64,000 nucleotides of DNA from contig CAVQFF010000008.1 in NCBI GenBank assembly GCA_963711785.1, forward strand, positions 158,672-222,671, given 5' to 3'. Numbering within the stretch: the stretch's first letter is position 1; every line of letters starts with the position of its first letter. The notes beneath the pieces are model-generated. The model did no database searches and had not been told where the DNA came from. It was given only the letters and a program-made list of their open reading frames with translations. Positions 15,820-22,978 of this stretch are shown piece by piece. A program made the translations under genes and the position numbers. The stretch comes from an uncultured Thermoleophilia bacterium. Lineage in GTDB: Bacteria > Actinomycetota > Thermoleophilia > Gaiellales > Gaiellaceae.

Positions 15820-17531
15820 CAGTGCATCAACCCCTCGACGATCGGGCCGAGCGTGAGGGCGGGAAACACCATCAGGCCGGCCGTGAGCAGGATCATCCCG
15901 ACGAGCAGCACCGAGAAGGTCGGGCCGTCGGTCCTGAATGTGCCGGCCGAGGCAGGCACGGTTCTCTTCGAGGCCAGTGAGCCGGCGAGCGCGAGTGCAG
16001 CGAGCAGCGGCACGAAGCGCCCGAAGAACATGTCGATCGCGCCGAGGTAGGCCGAGAAGCTCGTGGCGCCGTAGCCCGCGAACGCGCTGCCGTTGTTTCC
16101 CGCCTGGGACGTGTACGCGTAGAGCGCCTCGCTGAATCCGTGCGCACCAGGGTTGTAGATGGAAGCCAGCCCCGACTTCGTCACCATCGAGATCGCCGCA
16201 AGGGTGAGGATGAGCACGCCGGGGAACAGCGCGCCGAGCGCAGCGATCTTCACCTCACGAGCCTCGATCTTCTTCCCGAGGTACTCGGGCGTCCGGCCGA
16301 CCATCAGGCCGGCCACGAAGACCGCGAGCACGATGATGAAGATCATCCCGTACAGGCCGGAACCGACGCCGCCGAAGATCACCTCGCCGAGGAAGATGTT
16401 CACGAGTAGGACGCCACCGCCGGCCGGTGTCATCGCGTCATGCCCGGCGATCACGGCGCCGGTCGACGTCATCGTCGTGCCGGTGGCGAAGACCGCGGTC
16501 TCGGCGAGCCCGTACCGGACCTCCTTGTCGGCCATGTTGCCGCCCGTCTGCCCGTTCCCCTGCGTGATGTTCACGCCCGAGGACCGCAGCACGGCGGAGC
16601 CGTGCTGCTCGGCGACGTAGTTGATCCCGACTCCGGTCGCGAACAGGACGAACATGGCCGCGAAGATCGCGAGCGCATTGCGCATCGAGCGGATCAAGCG
16701 ACCGAACATGAACAGGATCCCGAACGGGATCAGCAGCTCCAGAAAGAGCTCGAAATAGCCGCCGAAACTGCTGGGGCTCTCGAAGGGAACGGCCGAGTTC
16801 GAGTTGTAGAAGCCGCCGCCGTTCGTCCCAACGTGCTTGATCGCGATCTGCGAGGCGACCGGGCCGCGAGCGATCGTTTGATGGCCGCCCTGAAGCGTGG
16901 TCACCCGGGCATAACTGTGGAACGTCTGCGGAACACCGACCGAGATCAGGATCACGGCGCCGACGATCGCGAGCGGCAGCAGGATGTAGACGAGCGAGCG
17001 GTAGAGATCGCGCCAGAAGTTGCCGAGGTTCTTGGAGGAGCGCCGCGTGAAGCCGCGGATGGCTGCGATCAGCACCGCCATCCCGACTGCGGCCGACACG
17101 AAGTTCTGCACGGCCAGCGCGCCCATCTGCGACAGGAAGGACATCGTCGACTCGCCCGCGTAGTACTGCCAGTTGGTGTTCGTCAGGAAGCTCACGGACG
17201 TGTTCAGCGAGATGTGTGACGGCACGCCCTTGAAATGCTCCGGGTTGAGGAACAGGTGCCCCTGGAGTCGCAGGATGGCGTAGACCAGGAGGACGAAGAA
17301 GAAGCTGAAGACGAGCACGGTGAGGCCGTACTGCTGCCAGGTCTGCTCGCGCTCCGCGCGATCGCCGACGAGCCGATAGAAGCCGCGCTCGATGCTGCCG
17401 AGGAAGCGCAGCCGACCCCGCCGCAGGAAGTTGTCGTCCTCGTAGACGCGCGCCATGTACAGGCCCATCGGATAGGCGGCCGCGATCAGGATCACGACGA
17501 AGAGGACGATCTGGAAGACGCCCTGACCCAT
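15819..17531 (-). CDS. kdpA: K+-transporting ATPase subunit KdpA
   Basis: The start is taken at ATG 17531 (MGQGVFQIVLFVVILIAAAYPMGLYMARVY), giving 570 aa. TNTNWQYYAGESTMSFLSQM and GTNGGGFYNSNSAVPFE are selectivity-filter-like motifs. The 617-aa track ORF carries a spurious Arg-rich extension. Confidence 0.9.
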   Translation of the reverse strand: MGQGVFQIVLFVVILIAAAYPMGLYMARVYEDDNFLRRGRLRFLGSIERGFYRLVGDRAEREQTWQQYGLTVLVFSFFFVLLVYAILRLQGHLFLNPEHFKGVPSHISLNTSVSFLTNTNWQYYAGESTMSFLSQMGALAVQNFVSAAVGMAVLIAAIRGFTRRSSKNLGNFWRDLYRSLVYILLPLAIVGAVILISVGVPQTFHSYARVTTLQGGHQTIARGPVASQIAIKHVGTNGGGFYNSNSAVPFESPSSFGGYFELFLELLIPFGILFMFGRLIRSMRNALAIFAAMFVLFATGVGINYVAEQHGSAVLRSSGVNITQGNGQTGGNMADKEVRYGLAETAVFATGTTMTSTGAVIAGHDAMTPAGGGVLLVNIFLGEVIFGGVGSGLYGMIFIIVLAVFVAGLMVGRTPEYLGKKIEAREVKIAALGALFPGVLILTLAAISMVTKSGLASIYNPGAHGFSEALYAYTSQAGNNGSAFAGYGATSFSAYLGAIDMFFGRFVPLLAALALAGSLASKRTVPASAGTFRTDGPTFSVLLVGMILLTAGLMVFPALTLGPIVEGLMH

Positions 17532-17620
17532 CAGAACCGCTCCCCGCGGAACAGCGCATAGACGAGGTACACGAAGACGGCGAGTGAGGCGACGAGCCCG
17601 AAGATGTCGGCAGCCGACAT
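17531..17620 (-). CDS. kdpF: KdpF (29 aa)
   Basis: MSAADIFGLVASLAVFVYLVYALFRGERF is a single TM helix with the LVYAL motif, as in E. coli KdpF. It has 1-nt overlaps with both neighbours. Confidence 0.7.
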   Translation of the reverse strand: MSAADIFGLVASLAVFVYLVYALFRGERF

Positions 17621-17703
17621 CAGACGCGGCCCAACGCCCAGAGGAGCGCGAACGCGCCTGCGAACGACACAACGATCACGGCGAGAGCGGCCAGGTCGTA
17701 CAT
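17620..17703 (-). CDS. Candidate 27-aa hydrophobic peptide immediately upstream of kdpF
   Basis: Not in the track. ATG 17703..17701 through TGA 17622..17620 reads MYDLAALAVIVVSFAGAFALLWALGRV. 24 of 27 third codon positions are G or C. TGATG overlaps link it to the 136-aa ORF upstream and to kdpF downstream. Confidence 0.4.
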   Translation of the reverse strand: MYDLAALAVIVVSFAGAFALLWALGRV

Positions 17704-18113
17704 CAGTGAGAGACCCCCAACTTGGTGAGGACGGCGCGAAGCTCCGGTTCGACGTCGTCGACATCGGTGAACAGGCAGCTCGCCGGGCTCGTCAAGAGCT
17801 CGTTGACGGCGAGCATCCCGAGCGCGGAGACAGGCGATTCGTCGAGCAGACGCGCCACGAGCTGTTCGAGCAAAGCCCTGTGTGGGCGAAGCTGACTGGT
17901 ACGGAGCGGTGCTGCTCCCGGCAGCTTTGTCCCGTCGAGCTCACCGAGGACGCCGCGCAGCGAGCGCGCACAGAGCTTGCGCTCGCGCTCTGTCGTCAGC
18001 TCGTCGACGCGCCATTGAAAACGGCTGTCGAAACCATGCCGAATCCAGTAGTCGGCCTCCGCCCTGGCGCGACGGCGTTCGAGCCAGGCGCGCGGATGAG
18101 CAATCGTTGCCAC
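17703..18113 (-). CDS. Hypothetical 136-aa protein at the head of the kdpFACB transcription unit
   Basis: GTG start with reasonable composition and GC3, and no family I recognise. It is coupled by a 1-nt overlap to the downstream peptide. The alternative + strand ORF 17604..18212 is Arg-rich shadow sequence. Confidence 0.5.
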   Translation of the reverse strand: MATIAHPRAWLERRRARAEADYWIRHGFDSRFQWRVDELTTERERKLCARSLRGVLGELDGTKLPGAAPLRTSQLRPHRALLEQLVARLLDESPVSALGMLAVNELLTSPASCLFTDVDDVEPELRAVLTKLGVSH

Positions 18114-18181
18114 AACCCGGACGGTAGGACGCGCCGTGTCAATGCAGCCTCAAGCGTGCGGGGCTCGGCCTTAAAGCTTCC

Positions 18182-18868
18182 TCAAGATTCGTTCGGATCG
18201 ACCAGCCGGTAGCCGGCTCCCGGCTCGGTGAGCACGTACCGCGGACGAGAGGGATCGGGCTCGATCTTGGCCCGTAGATGCGACACGTACACGTGCAGGT
18301 AGTGCGCCTCGACCTGGTAGGCCGGGCCCCAAACCTCGCGCAGCAACATCCGGTGTGTGAGCAGCTTGCCGCGGTTCTGCGCGAGGAAGCGCAGGAGGTC
18401 GAACTCGTGCGGGGTCAGCCGGATGCGCTCGCCGTTTCGCGTCACGAGCCGCTCGGGGACGTCGATCCGCAGCTCGCCCACTTCGATCACGGGCCCGGGC
18501 TCTGGTGCCGACCGTCGGAGCACGGCCCGCAGGCGCGCGAGCAACTCGTCGACGCTGAAGGGCTTGGTCACGTAGTCGTCCGCCCCCGCATCGAGCGCCG
18601 CGATCTTCTCGCGCTCCTCCCCCACCGCGGAGAGAACGATCACCGGCGCCTCGGTCCACGTGCGCAGCTCGCGGCACACGTCGGTGCCGCTGCCGTCCGG
18701 GAGCACGAGATCGAGGATCACCGCTGCCGGTGGATGAGCAGCCGCCGCCGCGAGCGCCCCCTCGGCCGTGTCCGCGGTCTCGACCTCGAAGCCCGCACCG
18801 CGCAGCGTCGTGCCGAGCGCACGCAGGATCTGCGGCTCGTCGTCGACGACCAGGATCCGCTGTTTCAC
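18182..18868 (-). CDS. kdpE: Response regulator KdpE (OmpR family)
   Basis: ILVVDDEPQILRAL...DLVLPDGSG...DDYVTKPF is a receiver domain. LTPHEFDLLRFLAQNRGKLLTHRMLLREVWGP...YLHVYVSHLRAKIE is a winged helix. It has a 4-nt overlap with the kinase gene. Confidence 0.9.
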   Translation of the reverse strand: MKQRILVVDDEPQILRALGTTLRGAGFEVETADTAEGALAAAAAHPPAAVILDLVLPDGSGTDVCRELRTWTEAPVIVLSAVGEEREKIAALDAGADDYVTKPFSVDELLARLRAVLRRSAPEPGPVIEVGELRIDVPERLVTRNGERIRLTPHEFDLLRFLAQNRGKLLTHRMLLREVWGPAYQVEAHYLHVYVSHLRAKIEPDPSRPRYVLTEPGAGYRLVDPNES

Positions 18869-20259
18869 GCGGGCAGCTCCGCCGTCACCTCGACGACGGG
18901 GAGAGCGAGCGCGAACGTCGCGCCCTGGCCGGGCTTCGACTCGGCCCAGACACGGCCCCCATTTGCGGCGGCGAAACCGCGCGCGATCGCAAGCCCCAGC
19001 CCGGCACCGGAGCGCTGGTCGCCGTCCCTGCGATAGAACGGTTCGAAGACGCGCTCGAGCTCGTTCGAGTCGAGCCCCGGCCCCTGGTCGACGATCCGGA
19101 CGATCGCCTCCTGCCTGGTCGCGGTGATGCGCACGTGAACGCGAGCGGTCGGCGGCGAGAACTTCAGCGCGTTCTCGACGAGGTTCGCGAGCACGCGCTG
19201 GATCTGGATCGGGTCGACGTTCACAAGCGGGCCTTCGCCGGCAATGTCGATCCGATCGCTGCCGGGCAGGTCGTCGACGGCTTCCCGGACCAGGTCGTCG
19301 AGTGCCCAGACCTCGGCCTCGGGCTCTGCGCCGCCGGCCTCGAGCCTCGAGAGGTCGAGCAGATCCCCGACCAGGCGTCCGAGCCGCTCGGCGTCCACGG
19401 CGATCGTGTCCAGCAGCACTCGGCGGTCGTCGTCGCTGAAGACGAGCGTCTCGCTGCGAAGCGCGCCGATCGCCGTCGTGATCCCCGTGAGGGGCGAGCG
19501 CAGGTCGTGCGAGACCGCCCGCAGCAGCGCCGTCTTCACGAGGTCGCTGCGCCGCAGCGCCTCGGCCTCGAGCGCCTCCTGCTCGAGACGGCTGCGGTCG
19601 AACGCGACGGCGAGCAACGCCGCGAGCGCCGGCAGGAACCGGTGGCGCACGCCGAGATCGGGGTCGGCGTCGGCCGGGACGTAAAGCGTGCCGACGGGTC
19701 GACCGTCGACCTCGAGCGGGATCGGGGCATCCGTTGCATGGCGCCGCCGCGTGCCGAGCTCGATCTCGGCGCGCGAGATGCCGAGCACGCCCGCCGCCTG
19801 CATCCCCACCCAGCCGAGCTCGGTGTCCAGGGGCCGACCGCCGAGCAAATGCCCGGCAATCTCGGCGAGGAGGGACGACTCTCGCTCGCGCTGCTCGGCA
19901 TCCGCCGCCCTCCGCCGCGACCTGCTCGCCAACTCACTGACGACGAGCGCTGTCACCGAATACACGGCCAGCGCGAACCAGTTGGCCGAGTCCCTCAGCG
20001 TCAGAGTGTGCGTGGGCGGCAGGAAGAAGAAGTTGAAGGCGAGCATGCTCGCGACCGCGACCGGCAATGACCAGTACGTGCCCCAGACGATCGCCACGGG
20101 CAGCACCGCAAAGACGTAGAGAACGCCGAGGCTGAGCGTCGGCGCGAACGGCTGGAGCGCCCAGACGAGCAGCGTGGTTACGGTCACGGCGGCGACGGAG
20201 CCCGCGAGCTTCACGACCATGCGGGAGACGGTACTCCGTCGGGCTGTCGACCGGCTCAC
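18865..20259 (-). CDS. kdpD: KdpD-type histidine kinase core (DUF4118 membrane domain, GAF-like linker, HisKA, HATPase) lacking the N-terminal KdpD/USP domains
   Basis: 464 aa. It has four TM helices (GVLYVFAVLPVAIVWG...FNFFFLPP), the H-box LLRAVSHDLRSPLTGI, the N-box LANLVENALKFSP and G-boxes DQGPGL and GAGLGLAIARG. Confidence 0.85.
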   Translation of the reverse strand: MSRSTARRSTVSRMVVKLAGSVAAVTVTTLLVWALQPFAPTLSLGVLYVFAVLPVAIVWGTYWSLPVAVASMLAFNFFFLPPTHTLTLRDSANWFALAVYSVTALVVSELASRSRRRAADAEQRERESSLLAEIAGHLLGGRPLDTELGWVGMQAAGVLGISRAEIELGTRRRHATDAPIPLEVDGRPVGTLYVPADADPDLGVRHRFLPALAALLAVAFDRSRLEQEALEAEALRRSDLVKTALLRAVSHDLRSPLTGITTAIGALRSETLVFSDDDRRVLLDTIAVDAERLGRLVGDLLDLSRLEAGGAEPEAEVWALDDLVREAVDDLPGSDRIDIAGEGPLVNVDPIQIQRVLANLVENALKFSPPTARVHVRITATRQEAIVRIVDQGPGLDSNELERVFEPFYRRDGDQRSGAGLGLAIARGFAAANGGRVWAESKPGQGATFALALPVVEVTAELPA

Positions 20260-20262
20260 GCG

Positions 20263-21582
20263 CTAAGCGCCGAACAACCCGCCGAGCGTGACCAGGAGCA
20301 GCAGCACCGAGAGCGTGGACGTGGCGAGCACGGTGCCTCCCGCAAGCACGTTGAACGTCCGGGTGTTGGCATAGCTGCCCATCAGCTCCCGGTTCGAGGC
20401 CAGCTTCCAGATGAAGAAGAGCGTGATCGGCAGCAGCGCTCCGTTGACGATCTGGACGAAGACCAGCAGCGAGATGACCGGCAGACCGGGGATCAGTGCA
20501 ACTGCCGTGCCGATCACGATCAGGACGGTGATCACTCCGACGAAAACGGGGGCTTCCCGTGGCCTCCGCGAGATCCCCTTCTCGTATCCGAACGTCTCCG
20601 CGACGACGTATGCGGCGGTGACCGGCAGGATCGCGGCCGCGAGCAGGCTCGCGCCGAGCAGGCCGACGGCGAAGAGGATCTCCGCGTAGCGGCCGGCGAA
20701 CGGAGCGAGCGCCTTCGCGGCGTCGGCGGCGCTTCCGATCGTGTGATCACCGTGGACGTAGAGGGTGGCACCGGTGGCGATGATGATGAACATCGCGACC
20801 ACGTTTGCGAAGATCGACCCGGTCACGACCTCGGCCCGTTCGGCGCCGAGATCCTCCGGGCCGATGCCGCGCTCGACGACCGCAGACTGGAGGTAGAGCT
20901 GCATGAACGGTGTGATCGTCGTTCCTGCGGTCGCGACGAACAGCAGCAGGTACGCGGAGCTCATCTGGACGTGCGGAACGACGATCGCCTTGCCGACATG
21001 GCCCCAGTGCGGACGGGCGAGGATCGCAGCGATGGGATAGGCGAAGAACGGCAAGGTCATCAGGACGAAGATCCGCTCAGCGCCCCGGTACGACCCGCGT
21101 ACGAGCAGCAGCCACACGAGCAGCGCTGCGACCGGGATCGAGAGGTACTTCGGGATATGCGCGAGGCTGAGGGCGGCCCCGATACCGACGAACTCACTGA
21201 TGCAGATGCCCAGGTTCGCGACCAGCACCGAGAGCGTGGCGAACGCCGACCAGCGGATCCCGTAATGCTCGCGGATCAGCTCTGCCAGCCCCTTGCCGGT
21301 GACCGCCCCCATCCGGGCGGCCATCTCCTGGACGACGATCAGCGACACCGTGATCACGACCATCATCCAGAGCAGGTCGTAGCCGAACTTCGCGCCGACG
21401 GATGCATAGGTGGCGACCCCGCCTGCGTCGTTACCGGCGTTCGCGGCGATCAGGCCGGGGCCGAGAAACGCGAACAGCGGAAGCAGGCGCCGGGAGGTGC
21501 GGCTACGCGGACGAAGCCGCGGCCGTGCCCAGAGCGCGCGCTCGCGCAGGCGCCCGATGACAGCGCGGACTCGGCGCGTCAT
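20263..21582 (-). CDS. NRAMP/SLC11-like transporter with a non-canonical metal-binding site (NRMT-like)
   Basis: 439 aa with an NRAMP-like fold signature GPGLIAANAGNDAGGVATYASVGAKFGYDLLW. DAGG replaces DPGN, and the TM6 region TAGTTITPFMQLYLQS replaces A-x-x-M-P-H-N. Confidence 0.8.
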   Translation of the reverse strand: MTRRVRAVIGRLRERALWARPRLRPRSRTSRRLLPLFAFLGPGLIAANAGNDAGGVATYASVGAKFGYDLLWMMVVITVSLIVVQEMAARMGAVTGKGLAELIREHYGIRWSAFATLSVLVANLGICISEFVGIGAALSLAHIPKYLSIPVAALLVWLLLVRGSYRGAERIFVLMTLPFFAYPIAAILARPHWGHVGKAIVVPHVQMSSAYLLLFVATAGTTITPFMQLYLQSAVVERGIGPEDLGAERAEVVTGSIFANVVAMFIIIATGATLYVHGDHTIGSAADAAKALAPFAGRYAEILFAVGLLGASLLAAAILPVTAAYVVAETFGYEKGISRRPREAPVFVGVITVLIVIGTAVALIPGLPVISLLVFVQIVNGALLPITLFFIWKLASNRELMGSYANTRTFNVLAGGTVLATSTLSVLLLLVTLGGLFGA

Positions 21583-21650
21583 CGACTTCGAGTGCTAGGA
21601 GCAGGGCTTCCACGGCCGCGGCATTCTACGCCACTGCCGGGCTCGACCGT

Positions 21651-22922
21651 TCAGTCGTCACCGAACAGGTGGAAGTGGCGACGCCAACCCTGTGGGAGGA
21701 CGAGCTCGAGCACGTCGTCGACGGTGATCACGCCCATCACGCGGTCCTCGTCGTCGACCACGGGAACGACGCTGAGGTCGTAGTCGGTCATCAGACGAGC
21801 GACCTCCTCGAGCTCGGCGCCGGCCTTGACGCTCTTCGCTGCAATTGCCGCCTCGCCGACCGGAATCGCATCGTCGGCCCGCAGCAGGTCGGCGAGCGCG
21901 ATCGCGCCGTCGAGCCGTTTGTGCGCGTTCATCAGGAAGATCCAGGCGAGTGAATCGGCCGAGCACGACGAGCGCATCACGCGGTCGATCGCCTCGGCCT
22001 TCGTCGCCGTGCGATAGAGACAGACGAAGTCGGGCGACATCAAGCCTCCGGCCGTGGCCGGGTCGTAGCCCATCAGCGCCCGGATCCGCCGCAGCTGCAC
22101 GGGCGGCAGGAGTCGCACGACGTCCTCCCGCCGCTCCTCCGGGAGCGCGGCGAGCAGGTCGGTGGCGTCGTCGGTCTCCATATGGGCAAGGACATCCGCG
22201 ATCTCCTCGTCGCTCTTGTCCTCGATGAACTCGACCTGGTGCTGGAGGTTCAGCTCCTCGAACACATCGGCCTGCAACGCCGGGTTCTCGCCGACGGCGT
22301 CGATGATCTCTTCGCCCTCGTGATGGGATGCAGCCTCGACCAGGTCGGCGAGCTCCGCCGGATGAAGCCGCGCCAGCTTCGGATGCGGAATGCGCAGCCG
22401 AACGGTGGGGACGTGGCCCGTGAACGGCTCGACGCTCGCCCAGTCCAGGAACTCGCCGGGGCGGATCTTGCCGGAGAGCGCCCTGGGCACGAGCCTCCGT
22501 GCGATCCCGCGCATACGCACATCGACCCCGACCACGCGGTACCAGCCCTCGAGCCGGGTGATCTCGATCTCGTTCGCCCGCACGAGACGCGCGCCGTCGA
22601 TGTTGATCAACTGACGGTCGAGCACATCTTTTTTCAGCAGCACCTCCTGCGAGCGGCGCTCGAACGGCTGCAGGTCGAGGTGCGCGACCGTGAGGGTTGC
22701 GCGGCCATGCTCGATCTCCACGGCCGCGTCGGCCGGAACGAACACCTGCCGCCCCGCGACGGTCGCCAGGATGCCGCTGACCGGCGGATACTCGTCGTCG
22801 CCGAGGCGGACGATCAGGTCGTCCACGCGACCGAGCTTCCGTCCCGTCCCGTCGATCAGATCCGAGCCGACGATCAGCGACAGGTGCAGCACGCGGGGGA
22901 TCACAGCGGCGGAAACGTCCAT
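21651..22922 (-). CDS. Soluble PRC-barrel / MgtE N-terminal / tandem CBS domain protein (MgtE cytoplasmic module without a pore)
   Basis: 423 aa. GRKLGRVDDLIV...SGILATVAGRQVFVP is PRC-like. LHPAELADLVEA...DDATDLLAALPEERREDVVRLLP is MgtE_N. MSPDFVCLY...VVPVVDDEDRVMGVITVDDVLE is a CBS pair. No TM segments are present. Confidence 0.85.
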   Translation of the reverse strand: MDVSAAVIPRVLHLSLIVGSDLIDGTGRKLGRVDDLIVRLGDDEYPPVSGILATVAGRQVFVPADAAVEIEHGRATLTVAHLDLQPFERRSQEVLLKKDVLDRQLINIDGARLVRANEIEITRLEGWYRVVGVDVRMRGIARRLVPRALSGKIRPGEFLDWASVEPFTGHVPTVRLRIPHPKLARLHPAELADLVEAASHHEGEEIIDAVGENPALQADVFEELNLQHQVEFIEDKSDEEIADVLAHMETDDATDLLAALPEERREDVVRLLPPVQLRRIRALMGYDPATAGGLMSPDFVCLYRTATKAEAIDRVMRSSCSADSLAWIFLMNAHKRLDGAIALADLLRADDAIPVGEAAIAAKSVKAGAELEEVARLMTDYDLSVVPVVDDEDRVMGVITVDDVLELVLPQGWRRHFHLFGDD

Positions 22923-22938
22923 GCGGGAAGGATAGAGC

Positions 22939-22967
22939 GCTGCGCGGGGGCCGATCCCCCGCGCAGC
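22939..22967 (-). terminator. GC-rich hairpin downstream of hppA (possible intrinsic terminator or attenuator)
   Basis: GCTGCGCGGGGG / ccgat / CCCCCGCGCAGC forms a 12-bp perfect stem 12 nt after the hppA stop. On the transcribed strand it is followed by GCTCTATCCTTCCC, with no clean U-tract. Confidence 0.45.
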
Positions 22968-22978
22968 GTCGAGTCGTT

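Noticed and set aside
17531-17764. 77-aa track ORF upstream of kdpA
   Set aside because: Only its last 29 codons (kdpF) look real. The N-terminal part is Arg/Ser-rich and overlaps, out of frame, the 27-aa peptide and the end of the 136-aa ORF.
18114-18181. Possible KdpE binding site or promoter (GCTTTAAGGC ... GCTTGAGGC direct repeat, TTGACA hexamer) between kdpE and the 136-aa ORF
   Set aside because: The repeat spacing (about 22 nt) and the distances from the -35-like hexamer to any -10-like hexamer and to the start codon do not fit a standard promoter or an OmpR-family site. The evidence is too weak to call.
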